Shown here one piece after another: positions 28,893 to 37,982 of a stretch of 64,000 nt of DNA. The DNA is taken from the NCBI GenBank assembly GCA_964547425.1, contig CAZJNH010000006.1, positions 6,095 through 70,094 on the forward strand, read 5' to 3'. The DNA is from an uncultured Candidatus Saccharibacteria bacterium. GTDB taxonomy: Bacteria > Patescibacteriota > Saccharimonadia > UBA4664 > CAZJNH01. The notes beneath the pieces were generated by a model. The model was not told the DNA's origin and ran no database searches. It saw only the letters and a program-made list of their open reading frames with translations. The position numbers and the translations under genes were made by a program. Positions within the stretch are counted from its first letter, which is position 1, and every line of letters starts with the position of its first letter.

Positions 28893-30056
28893 TTAAGCTT
28901 TTGGCCACCAGCTGTGGGTGAAAACGTTGTGTAAGATTTCGGCGGCTTCGTCGGGCTTAACCGGACCGGGTTGGGAATAATCATCAATTCGATATGGAAC
29001 GAGTTCGGCCGATAGAAGTTTTCCGCCTTCGAATTTAGCTTTTAAAAATGTTCCTTGCTTTGTCTGGCGCGACCATTCCTGGTCGAAGACAAAGTTGCCT
29101 AGACTGTATAGGGCCAATTTTCCGTGATACCACTCAACTCCCTGTACGGTATGCGGATGAGAACCGATCACTATTGTTGCGCCGGCATCGAGAGCGCGAT
29201 GCGCCACCGTTCGCTGTTCCTCGTTGGCAACATGCGTGTACTCCGTTCCCCAATGATAGTAGACCAGCACCGCATCGGCCTTGGCCTTAGCGGCTTTGAT
29301 ATCGGCTTCCATTTGGCGAACCTGGCTTTCGTTGAACGGAAACCACGGCGCGATCCCGACCATCGCCATGCCAGGTGAAGTCGCCGTGGCGTCGGATCCG
29401 CCAACGATAGTGTCATATCCGAGCATCGCCACTTTAACTCCCTTAACGGACATAATTAATGGCGTGTGTGCCTCGGTAAAATTGTGCCCGCCGCCGAAGT
29501 ATTTAATTCCTCGCTTTTTCAGTGCATTCATGGTGTCGACAAATGCATCAGCTCCAGCGTTAAAGCTGTGGTTGTTGGCCAGGTTCATCGCGTCGATCCC
29601 GGCGTAGGTTAGCCCGTCGGCCACCCTGTCCGGCGAAGCGAACTGCATACAGGTGTTACACAAAATCGTGTGGGCATCCGAAATAGCTGCTTCTTGGTCC
29701 GCGGTGGTTAGATCGGCGTCCTTTACTTGCTTTGCCATCTTCAAAAACGGGTACAACACGCCATGCTGCTGCACTTTTTGATATACGACCCGGCCAATAA
29801 TAATATCTCCCAAGGCATTTAGCGTCCACGAAGACTTCGCCTCGCCGGATTGCTTAACTATCAGACCGGTCTTGAGCGGTACCACCGGAACACCAGCTGC
29901 CGGTTCAGCTGATTGGACGACGGGCGGGGTTGGGACGTCTTGAGCAGTTTGTGCCGGAATCGGTTTGGGCTTGTGAAAATAGCGATAGCCCAGCCAGCCG
30001 GCGGCCAGCGCGATGACGGCAAATACGGCAAGGGAAATCACTAGCCATTTCTTCAT
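28893..30056 (-). CDS. CapA-family metallophosphatase (poly-gamma-glutamate synthesis-like), membrane-anchored
   Basis: 387 aa; N-terminal TM; …VYYHWGTEY…GSHPHTVQG… CapA motifs. Confidence 0.7.
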   Translation of the reverse strand: MKKWLVISLAVFAVIALAAGWLGYRYFHKPKPIPAQTAQDVPTPPVVQSAEPAAGVPVVPLKTGLIVKQSGEAKSSWTLNALGDIIIGRVVYQKVQQHGVLYPFLKMAKQVKDADLTTADQEAAISDAHTILCNTCMQFASPDRVADGLTYAGIDAMNLANNHSFNAGADAFVDTMNALKKRGIKYFGGGHNFTEAHTPLIMSVKGVKVAMLGYDTIVGGSDATATSPGMAMVGIAPWFPFNESQVRQMEADIKAAKAKADAVLVYYHWGTEYTHVANEEQRTVAHRALDAGATIVIGSHPHTVQGVEWYHGKLALYSLGNFVFDQEWSRQTKQGTFLKAKFEGGKLLSAELVPYRIDDYSQPGPVKPDEAAEILHNVFTHSWWPKA

Positions 30057-30093
30057 AACTTAATTGTAACGCTAGCGCTTAACTAAATGAAAA

Positions 30094-30150
30094 GGGAACA
30101 ACCCTCCCTCGTCTAGTCTTTAGTTAAACGGGTTGTATAGGGTTGCACCC
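30094..30150. repeat. 57-nt palindromic intergenic element, copy d (diverged)
   Basis: GGGAACAACCCT-ccCTCGTCT…gggtTGTAT-AGGGTTGCACCC. Confidence 0.55.
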
Positions 30151-30175
30151 TTTTCGGATGGTTGGCTGCGTCAGA

Positions 30176-30577
30176 TTACGGCAGGAATGGAGGTGGGCCA
30201 CCGCACTGGTAGTAGTACTGGAGCCCTAGGCAGAAGACTTGCCACTGCAATGAATTCTGTTGCGAGTACAGGCCGTTTAGCAGGTTCTGGTAGTAATTAA
30301 TCTGAGTCGTCAGGCTAGCGGCCGATGCAGATTCGCCTAGTCCTTTATTGATAAGAGTTTGGCGTGAGGTTTGTAGGGTATTGATCGTATTTTGGTAGCC
30401 GATGATAAGCCGGTTAACGCTTGTTAGCTGGGATTGTGCCGTGGCTAGTTGGGCCTTGAGGTTGGCACAGTAAACCGCAGGCGGTACTTCCGGCGCAGCG
30501 TTAGCCATTGCTGGAATAGCCATTACCCCTAGTGGAATCGCAAACGCTACCATCGAAAGAGCTAGTTTCTTAAACAT
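30176..30577 (-). CDS. Secreted Q/N-rich coiled-coil protein
   Basis: 133 aa from MFKKLALSMVAF… signal peptide; AATGGAG RBS. Confidence 0.5.
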   Translation of the reverse strand: MFKKLALSMVAFAIPLGVMAIPAMANAAPEVPPAVYCANLKAQLATAQSQLTSVNRLIIGYQNTINTLQTSRQTLINKGLGESASAASLTTQINYYQNLLNGLYSQQNSLQWQVFCLGLQYYYQCGGPPPFLP

Positions 30578-30685
30578 AACAGAACTCCATTCATTTATGA
30601 GTTTAGTTAAGCCCTCCCCCTGTAGGATTGCATTGTGCAAAATTCCAAACGAAAAGCCCCCGACGATAAAGTCAAAGACTTTTCG

Positions 30686-31561
30686 TCAGGGGCGATGTAT
30701 GTCGGGACCAAGCTCGTAGATCTCCTGTAGGTACGGACGGAGTTTGCCGAAGGCTTGTTTCTCGATTTGGCGAATCCGTTCGCGCGTCAGGTTGAGCATT
30801 TGCCCAATCGCTTCAAGCGTTTGAGGGTCGTCGTCGAGCAGACCGAAACGCAAGCAGATGATGTCAGCCTCCTGCTCGGTTAGCACTTCTGGCAAACAAG
30901 ACAGCATCTGCGAGTAGGCCACTCGATCCGGGTTCGGAGAACTGCTCCAATCGGGGATAGTGTTGACGTACGCCAAATCGCCGTCTTCGTCGATGGCTCG
31001 GTCAAGCGAACCGATGTATCTGTCGGCCAGCTCCCGCAAGCGATCAACTTTTTCCCGCGTTGTTTCAAGTTTCGCCGCCAGCTCGTCGTCGGTTGGCTCG
31101 CGATTCAGCTTGGTCTCCAGCTGGCTGCGCGCTACCCGAAAACGATTTACCTCGGCGAAAAGGTGCGACGGCAACCGAATCGATTCGCCCTTATCCGATA
31201 TCGCCCGGCCGATGGTTTGGCGGACCCACCATGTCGCATAAGTCGAGAAACGGAAGCCTTTGCGCCAGTCGAACTTCTCGACCGCCTTCATCAAGCCGAG
31301 GTTACCTTCCTGGACCAGGTCGAGGTAGGACATCCCGCGGTTGAAGTATCGGCGGGCGATCTTGGTCACCAGCCGGACATTGGCTTCGATGAACTCGGTC
31401 CGTGCCCGCACGCCATCTGCTCCACCAGCTTCGATCCGCTGCGCTAGCTTGATCTCTTGATCAGGCGTCAACAGCGGCGGACCGTTTTTGACATCGCGCA
31501 GATACAGTCCAACCATGTCGAACGTAAACCCAGGTTCAACGTCGTGCTCGCGCAGCGCCAA
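30686..31561 (-). CDS. RNA polymerase sigma factor, sigma-70 family (RpoD/SigA-like, no region 1.1), TTG start
   Basis: 291 aa; regions 1.2-2-3-4 (…YATWWVRQ…, …LNLTRERIRQIE…); GAGAGGGGG RBS; a perfect TATAAT lies upstream at 31610..31615. Confidence 0.85.
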   Translation of the reverse strand: MALREHDVEPGFTFDMVGLYLRDVKNGPPLLTPDQEIKLAQRIEAGGADGVRARTEFIEANVRLVTKIARRYFNRGMSYLDLVQEGNLGLMKAVEKFDWRKGFRFSTYATWWVRQTIGRAISDKGESIRLPSHLFAEVNRFRVARSQLETKLNREPTDDELAAKLETTREKVDRLRELADRYIGSLDRAIDEDGDLAYVNTIPDWSSSPNPDRVAYSQMLSCLPEVLTEQEADIICLRFGLLDDDPQTLEAIGQMLNLTRERIRQIEKQAFGKLRPYLQEIYELGPDIHRP

Positions 31562-31627
31562 TCTCTACACCCCCTCTCATATTTCAACGTACGCAAACTT
31601 AGCTGCCTGATTATACCGCTTTTGAAG

Positions 31628-32395
31628 CTAGTCGAGGAGGTAGGATTTGTCTTCGTTGAGGTTGTCGAGAATTCGCATATCTTCGGTCGAGAGTTTGAAG
31701 TCGAAGATATCGAAGTTTTCTTTGATTCTGGCTTCATGCCTCGATTTCGGTAGCGTCACCAGATTGTGTTGAATATTCCACCGCAGCAAAACCTGAGCCG
31801 GTGACTTTTTATGCCTGGTAGCGATATCAATCAGGATTTTGTCATTGAGACGATGGCAGCGAGTCAGCGGACTGTAAGCTTCAACTATAATTCCTTGATC
31901 CTGGCAAAATTTAATCAGTTCTTGGTTATAGCGATACGGCGTAACTTCAATTTGGTTAGCAAACGGCTTAACCTTGGCTTTTCCCAGCAGCGCCGGCAGC
32001 CGTTTGAGGCCATAGTTGCTGACGCCAATGTTCTTGGCCAGGCCCCTTGATTGCAACTGCTCCATCACCCGCCAAATGTGGTGCCCCGGCCCAACCGGCG
32101 GCGGCCAATGAACCAGGTACAAATCGACATACTCCAGTTTCAGCCGCTTAAGGCTGTCTTTAAGGGCATGCGCCGGATTCAAGAACTGGGTCGGGAATAG
32201 TTTCGTTGTCACCCAAAGCTTATCGCGATCAAGGCCGGACCGGCGGATCCCCTCCCCTACTCCGGTCTCGTTTTTGTAAATGTAGGCCGTGTCGATGTGC
32301 CGGTAGCCGGCCTCAAGCGCCCATTCCACGGCTTGCTGCGCCTCGGCGTCCGCCATCTGCCAAGTCCCAAATCCAATCTGTGGTATATCTTTCAC
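31628..32395 (-). CDS. Aldo/keto reductase
   Basis: 255 aa; AKR family motifs (…GYRHIDTA…, …IGVSNY…). Confidence 0.8.
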   Translation of the reverse strand: MKDIPQIGFGTWQMADAEAQQAVEWALEAGYRHIDTAYIYKNETGVGEGIRRSGLDRDKLWVTTKLFPTQFLNPAHALKDSLKRLKLEYVDLYLVHWPPPVGPGHHIWRVMEQLQSRGLAKNIGVSNYGLKRLPALLGKAKVKPFANQIEVTPYRYNQELIKFCQDQGIIVEAYSPLTRCHRLNDKILIDIATRHKKSPAQVLLRWNIQHNLVTLPKSRHEARIKENFDIFDFKLSTEDMRILDNLNEDKSYLLD

Positions 32396-32507
32396 TTATC
32401 CATTATAATCTCTCTCTAATTCCGGCTTTCTTGAGTCGGTCGCTCGAATGAGTAAGGGGTTGCCTGCCGCCCTCTGGCGGGTGCGTACCTTGGGAGGTGA
32501 GCCTTCT

Positions 32508-33017
32508 ATGGCTCAGGAAGTGAAGTTTTTGCAGATAGTGCAGGGCCCGCCGCGTTGGGATCTGGTTTTGCACCACCACAACGGCGGCGACATGCACTGG
32601 AGATCGAGCTGGTTGCAGTTCACGATTCAAGACGAATCGGGCAACAAGCGCCAACTTGACGCCATGATCTCCGGCCTGGTCCAGGATGGCTATCGCGGCA
32701 ACAGCGCGTACTTCCTAACCGGGCATACTGACCTCGAGGGCTTTGACCATTTGGTCGGTTACTTCGACCTTACTTCGAGGAAAGGCTGGTTTTGGCTGAT
32801 AAAGAGCAAAGCCGAGCGCCTATCTGACGAAGAGGAAGACATGATCCGGGACTCAGCGGCCGGCGAGCTTCGCCACTTGCTGACGAAGCCACTACCGTTC
32901 GAGGCGATCAACTACATCGGTCTGGCGTTGGCCGAGATCGAGCACCACAAAGCTGTGCAAAGAAGACCAAGCTTCGATCACCGCTACGGCAAGTATCTTA
33001 ACCGAGCGGAAATGTAG
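32508..33017 (+). CDS. Hypothetical protein
   Basis: 169 aa from the internal Met with a GGGAGGTGA RBS. Confidence 0.45.
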   Translation: MAQEVKFLQIVQGPPRWDLVLHHHNGGDMHWRSSWLQFTIQDESGNKRQLDAMISGLVQDGYRGNSAYFLTGHTDLEGFDHLVGYFDLTSRKGWFWLIKSKAERLSDEEEDMIRDSAAGELRHLLTKPLPFEAINYIGLALAEIEHHKAVQRRPSFDHRYGKYLNRAEM

Positions 33018-33096
33018 ATAGAGCCTCAATGCAAGAGCGTTGGGGCTCTTGCATTTAAACCGAACAACAAACGAACGGTTGTGCTAAGATATCTCA

Positions 33097-34653
33097 ATGA
33101 CTCAAGCGCAGGCGCTAGATGTAATGAAGTTGGGGCACAACGTTTTTCTAACCGGCGAGCCGGGTTCGGGCAAAACTTATACTCTCAATAAATTCATCGC
33201 TTTCTGCAAACGCGAAGGTATTGGTGTTGGCGTGACGGCCTCGACCGGCATTGCGGCGACCCACATCGGCGGCATGACCATCCATAGCTGGAGCGGGATA
33301 GCCGTTCATGACGAAATTAGCGACGCGCACTTGGAACGGCTGCAAAACCGCAAACAACTTCAGGCCCGGTTCAAAAAAACCCGGGTACTAATAATCGATG
33401 AGATCTCGATGCTCGACGGAGCCAGGCTGGGGATGATTAACCGCGTTTGCCAGGCAATGAAGCACAGCGACAAACCGTTTGGCGGGTTGCAGGTCATTTT
33501 GTGCGGCGATCTCTTCCAGCTGCCACCGGTTACGCGCGGCCAGCAAGACATCGACTTCGCGCACTTCTCCCCAGCCTGGAAGGACTTAAACCTCAAGGTC
33601 TGCTACCTCTCCGAGCAGCACCGGCAAGAGGAGGACGAATCGATGCTATCTCTGTTGCGCCAAATCCGCTCCGGCGAATTGAGCGACGATGCTATGAAGC
33701 TGCTGGAAGAACGGCTGGAACAAACCAATGAAGATGAGGATATTACTCGCCTTTACTCCCACAACGTCGACGTTGACTCATTAAACGCCAAGCGCTTAGC
33801 TCTAATCGAAGACGAATCAAAAATATTTCAAATGCAAACTCACGGCTCTGCTCATTTGGTGGAGCAGCTGCAAAAGAGCTGCTTGGCGCCGGAAAAATTA
33901 GAACTCAAAGTCGGTGCCCAGGTTTTATGTGTAGCCAACAACCCAGCCGAGGGTTATATGAACGGCACCCGCGCCGAAGTAATCGGCTTTGACGATGGCC
34001 AGCCGGTTATACGACTCGCGGGCGGTAAAAAAATCAAAATGACTCAAAAAACCTGGGCTATCGAAGACGGCGACCGCATATTGGCGGAGGTCGCACAATA
34101 TCCGCTGCGCCTCGCGTGGGCGATTACCGTGCACAAAAGCCAGGGTATGAGCCTCGACGCCGCCGAAGTCGACCTCTCCCGCGCCTTTACGCCCGGTATG
34201 GGTTATGTCGCGCTGTCTCGCTTGCGCCAACTCTCCGGCCTCTACCTTCGCGGCATCAATCAAATGGCTCTGCGGGTTAGCCCAGAAATTACCGAGTTCG
34301 ACGCCAGCCTACGCGCTCAGTCCACCAAAGTAGTCGACAGCTTGTCGGGCATAAATGAAAAAGAGCTGACACAAATGCATCAGCAAGTTAAAACTAATCT
34401 GGCCCAAGACTACGCCGAGTACGACAAAGCCCTCTTCGAAGACTTGCGCACCTGGCGCACGGACCAGGCCAAAAAACAGAAGTTACCAGCCTACATGATC
34501 CTGGACGATAAAACCTTAATCGCTTTAAGCGCCGAACGCCCCCAATCCGAAGCCGACATGCTGCTAGTTTCGGGAATCGGTCCCAAGAAACTAAAAGACT
34601 ACGGCAGCGACCTAATGCGACTCATCAACCAAAAATCCGGTAGACTGTTTTAG
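33097..34653 (+). CDS. SF1B DNA helicase (PIF1/RecD-like) with C-terminal helix-hairpin-helix/HRDC-like module
   Basis: 518 aa; Walker A GEPGSGKTY; PIF1/RecD-like motif order; C-terminal …LLVSGIGPKKLKDYG…. Confidence 0.7.
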   Translation: MTQAQALDVMKLGHNVFLTGEPGSGKTYTLNKFIAFCKREGIGVGVTASTGIAATHIGGMTIHSWSGIAVHDEISDAHLERLQNRKQLQARFKKTRVLIIDEISMLDGARLGMINRVCQAMKHSDKPFGGLQVILCGDLFQLPPVTRGQQDIDFAHFSPAWKDLNLKVCYLSEQHRQEEDESMLSLLRQIRSGELSDDAMKLLEERLEQTNEDEDITRLYSHNVDVDSLNAKRLALIEDESKIFQMQTHGSAHLVEQLQKSCLAPEKLELKVGAQVLCVANNPAEGYMNGTRAEVIGFDDGQPVIRLAGGKKIKMTQKTWAIEDGDRILAEVAQYPLRLAWAITVHKSQGMSLDAAEVDLSRAFTPGMGYVALSRLRQLSGLYLRGINQMALRVSPEITEFDASLRAQSTKVVDSLSGINEKELTQMHQQVKTNLAQDYAEYDKALFEDLRTWRTDQAKKQKLPAYMILDDKTLIALSAERPQSEADMLLVSGIGPKKLKDYGSDLMRLINQKSGRLF

Positions 34654-35322
34654 CTAACTGAGCGTGGCTGTTTTAAACTTGGCTCGGTAGATGCAATACC
34701 CGCAAGTGCTCGACTCAAGAGGTAACTCACCGCCCAGAACCTCAGATATTTCGTCAATGAAACCGTAGAATGCTGGCATATCAGCTATTACCTCGCGGAA
34801 AATCGGCTTTGACCTAAAGAATGCATATCCTTTGTGGTATCGAACATCTTGCGGTTGGATTACCAAAAGCCCCATCCTCGAAATCTGTTTAGGCTCGCCT
34901 ACCGCAGGATTCTCATGTGCAAATTTATAGGCGTGTAGCTGCCTGTCGTATTTAGCTAGACTTTCCGCGCTAGGATCGGTGATCTTCAAATCCAGTACGC
35001 CATACGTTCCGTCATCGAACTTAGTCAAAAGGTCGAATCTGCCATTTAGGTAGCAGTCTAGCTTGTTGGGTATTGGCTTTGATTTTAAAAAACCTTCTTG
35101 AGAGTCGAACTTCCCAGACGGCAATTCAGAAATTATGTCACTTAAATTGTGCTGCAAAGCCATCGTCTGGAGCTGACTGTTCATCTTCGTAAAGATTGAC
35201 GGGAAAGGCGTGCTTGGAGTGGTTAGGGCATTTACAACTTTCTGGTAGTAACAGTGTTTACAGTCTTCCCAGAGAAACTTAAAGTCCGACGGACTAAGCT
35301 TATATTTGGCTGGGCTATTCAT
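34654..35322 (-). CDS. PD-(D/E)XK-like nuclease with a split Cys4 (CxxC…CxxC) metal site
   Basis: 222 aa; …FDLLTKFDDGTYGVLDLKITD… (D…DLK); Cys pairs CKHC and CGYC; the stop abuts the helicase stop (TAGCTA). Confidence 0.4.
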   Translation of the reverse strand: MNSPAKYKLSPSDFKFLWEDCKHCYYQKVVNALTTPSTPFPSIFTKMNSQLQTMALQHNLSDIISELPSGKFDSQEGFLKSKPIPNKLDCYLNGRFDLLTKFDDGTYGVLDLKITDPSAESLAKYDRQLHAYKFAHENPAVGEPKQISRMGLLVIQPQDVRYHKGYAFFRSKPIFREVIADMPAFYGFIDEISEVLGGELPLESSTCGYCIYRAKFKTATLS

Positions 35323-35591
35323 AGTTTGAATTCATCCTTAAATTTCCTTGATCGAAACTTAGTCTTAACTTCTGTGATGCGTTTTTCTATCGTTGCGAAA
35401 ATCTTTTCAACGTCAGCCTCGTCGTAGCTGTATAGTGTTTTATTGCCGGTATTACCTAACAGTCTCAGGTCATTTAGAATCCTATTCGTACGTTTCTCGG
35501 CAACTCGAACAAAGCGCTCCCGTCTTGCTTGGGGTGTATAAAGCTCTTTTCGATCAATCTCTTCTTCACTCATAGAAGATATATACCACAC
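35319..35591 (-). CDS. Small charged helical protein
   Basis: 90 aa; ATGA overlap with the downstream nuclease-like gene. Confidence 0.4.
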   Translation of the reverse strand: MWYISSMSEEEIDRKELYTPQARRERFVRVAEKRTNRILNDLRLLGNTGNKTLYSYDEADVEKIFATIEKRITEVKTKFRSRKFKDEFKL

Positions 35592-35788
35592 TATCTATGT
35601 ATATACAACGGGCTGGATAGAGTTAGCTAAAATTGTAGTTCTTGACGTATAACTATTGACCAGTTTACAAACGGCGACTAGGATAAAAGTAAATCGCCGC
35701 ACGAGAATTTGAGCCTCAGATACGACGATTTACGCTGACGATTTTTTTCGTCTTCTCCATACTAACTAATTGCTCAAGGAGGGTAAAG

Positions 35789-35980
35789 ATGAGTGTTTTT
35801 TGGCTATACCGACGCGCCGATAGGGACATCGGCTGGAGACTCCGAGATGGCAACCAGAAAATAATTGCTATTTCCGGTGAAGGCTTCAAGACAGAGACCT
35901 CGGCGCGTAACTCAATCGCTAATGTGAAGCTTGAAGCACCTCGTGCCGAGATAAAAACTTCGGACAAGTCGCCTATTTAA
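35789..35980 (+). CDS. YegP-like (DUF1508/UPF0339) small protein
   Basis: 63 aa; FWLYRRADRDIGWRLRDGNQKIIAISGEGFKTETSARNSIANVK matches the YegP repeat pattern; AGGAGG RBS. Confidence 0.55.
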   Translation: MSVFWLYRRADRDIGWRLRDGNQKIIAISGEGFKTETSARNSIANVKLEAPRAEIKTSDKSPI

Positions 35981-36082
35981 CCGCAAGCAAGGATTACCAC
36001 TGACGGATTATGTCCTGAGACGGTTTTCTTAAATCTTGACGTTCGTATTTTGTTCTATTATGATAAGATAAGCATAAGATCC

Positions 36083-37030
36083 ATGAGGAGTAATATAGAT
36101 AATCAAATACTGTGCGAGGATTGTGTGGAAGGGCTGGCTACAATCCCTGCGAACTCAATTGACGGCTGTATTGCTGACCCTCCTTATAACTACGAGTTTA
36201 TTGGTCATAAATGGGATGCAGAAGAAATAAAAAGAAGGGCAGCTAAGGCCAAGGACTCTACTACCTTAGTTAAGAACATTCCGTACGGTAGCGGTCTGGC
36301 AGGTGGTGTACGGAATGAGAGGTGGTACCAAAAGAATGCCGAGAACATCAATGACTATAGGAAGTGGACTCGACAGTGGGGTGAACAGGTGTTAAGGGTG
36401 TTAAAACCTGGGGCATATATCCTGGTTTTTAATAGCTCCCGCACGATTGCACACGTTCAGGTTGCGCTCGAGGAAGCTGGCTTCTATGCCCGAGATACCC
36501 TCGTGTGGAGAAGGCATTCTGGAATACCTAAAGGCCTAAACTACGCTAAAAAAATAGCTAAGGAAGACGCCTCAAGAGCTAGAGGGTGGAATGGTTGGCA
36601 CAGCTGTTTACGCAATGAGTGGGAGGCTATAGCAATGCTTCAAAAGCCTCTGGAGAATAACTACATGGAAACCGTCAAGAAGTACGGGGTCGGTCTTCTT
36701 CACGCCGAGGACGCTTTTGGATTCAAGTCGAATATTTTCGAAGGAATTAAGCGAGACAAGAAGGATAGCTTTAATGTCCACTGCACGGTTAAGCCGGCTG
36801 ATTTAATTAAGCAGCTTATCGATCTTATTATTCCAGCCCATAAAGGCGCCATCGTACTGGATCCCTTTATGGGTTCGGGTACAACAGCAGTCGCGGCTAT
36901 AGAGAGCGGTATCTCCTACTTAGGGTATGAAATTAATCCTGAATATTGCGAAATCGCAAAAGAGCGTGTAAATAAGATGGCAGCAACGAGCTCACCTCTG
37001 AACCGTAAAGCTCCCCTTAAGCTTTTTTAG
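36083..37030 (+). CDS. DNA methyltransferase, amino-MTase beta class (N6-adenine or N4-cytosine)
   Basis: DPPY (motif IV) near the N-terminus and FMGSGTT (motif I) near the C-terminus; ORF track start 36050 is TTG, the first in-frame ATG is 36083; TTGACG-17-TATGAT promoter at 36036..36064. Confidence 0.8.
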   Translation: MRSNIDNQILCEDCVEGLATIPANSIDGCIADPPYNYEFIGHKWDAEEIKRRAAKAKDSTTLVKNIPYGSGLAGGVRNERWYQKNAENINDYRKWTRQWGEQVLRVLKPGAYILVFNSSRTIAHVQVALEEAGFYARDTLVWRRHSGIPKGLNYAKKIAKEDASRARGWNGWHSCLRNEWEAIAMLQKPLENNYMETVKKYGVGLLHAEDAFGFKSNIFEGIKRDKKDSFNVHCTVKPADLIKQLIDLIIPAHKGAIVLDPFMGSGTTAVAAIESGISYLGYEINPEYCEIAKERVNKMAATSSPLNRKAPLKLF

Positions 37031-37552
37031 ATATTGCTCTAAATCGAAGCTAGTTTTCTCTTTTATATAAGCAAAGGCGTCGGGTCCAACGTAAAGTGTC
37101 CAGCCACCAACACGACAAGCACCAAGTGCTGCGGGCAGATTATCTTCTCTTAAGATAAGTAATACGGGACGAAACCCCTGCCCCTTGAGCATTGCTCCGT
37201 ATTGTTTGAATTTCTTAAGCGTACCAGAATCCCCAGATCCTATACGGTACTTAGTGTCAATGGCATCTTTGCCTACGAACATATCGGTTGGTTCGTCTGC
37301 TTCTACTTTAATTGCCGGCAAATAATCTGCACACTTCAATTCGCACAACCTATCGATGAGTAATTGCCAGCACATACCTAGCTCTCTGCCCCAGTACTGC
37401 CTGTTCTCTCGTTTTATCTCAGGAGTTATATTGAAAATATCCATTAGCAAATCGTGGTCATTGTTTTCTTCGCCGTACGCTTTATCGGAAAATGATCCTG
37501 CATACTGGCTGATGATCTTCTTTAGCTCGATATCTAAATCTTGTTGTGTCAT
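36992..37552 (-). CDS. Putative Type II restriction endonuclease (PD-(D/E)XK-like)
   Basis: 186 aa from MTQQDL…; …EADEPTDMFVGKDAIDTKY… fits PD…D-x-K; convergent with the MTase and overlaps it by 39 nt. Confidence 0.45.
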   Translation of the reverse strand: MTQQDLDIELKKIISQYAGSFSDKAYGEENNDHDLLMDIFNITPEIKRENRQYWGRELGMCWQLLIDRLCELKCADYLPAIKVEADEPTDMFVGKDAIDTKYRIGSGDSGTLKKFKQYGAMLKGQGFRPVLLILREDNLPAALGACRVGGWTLYVGPDAFAYIKEKTSFDLEQYLKKLKGSFTVQR

Positions 37553-37569
37553 TTTTTGCACTTTTAGCA

Positions 37570-37596
37570 AAAAGCCCAGTTAAGGGCTTTTTGTGG
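37570..37596. terminator. Bidirectional intrinsic terminator after rpsJ
   Basis: AAAAAGCCC-agttaa-GGGCTTTTTG. Confidence 0.7.
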
Positions 37597-37947
37597 CTAC
37601 ATTATTGTCTTTATCTCAATATCCACACCCGCCGGGAGGTTTAGGGCCATTAGGGAGTCGATGGTTTTTTGGTTGAACTCGGTGACGTCGATCAAACGTT
37701 TGTGGGTGCGTTGCTCGAACTGCTCCCGGCTGTCTTTGTAGATGTGCGGGCTGCGCAATACCGTGAACTTCTGTTTCTCGGTGGGCAACGGAATCGGCCC
37801 GGCCACCTTGGAGCCATTGCGAATAGCGGTATCTAGAATCTGCTTGGCCGACTGGTCGATAATTTTGTTATCGTAGGCCTTCAGGCGGATCCTGATGCGC
37901 TGCTTGGGCTCTTCTTTGGTGGTTTCGGGCTTCTTATCTTCTGCCAT
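37597..37947 (-). CDS. rpsJ: 30S ribosomal protein uS10
   Basis: 116 aa; …[10 protein letters not shown]… S10 signature; follows tuf. Confidence 0.95.
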   Translation of the reverse strand: MAEDKKPETTKEEPKQRIRIRLKAYDNKIIDQSAKQILDTAIRNGSKVAGPIPLPTEKQKFTVLRSPHIYKDSREQFEQRTHKRLIDVTEFNQKTIDSLMALNLPAGVDIEIKTIM

Positions 37948-37982
37948 ATTGAGTAAGGTGCGAGGAGGTATCTAGCTCCTAA

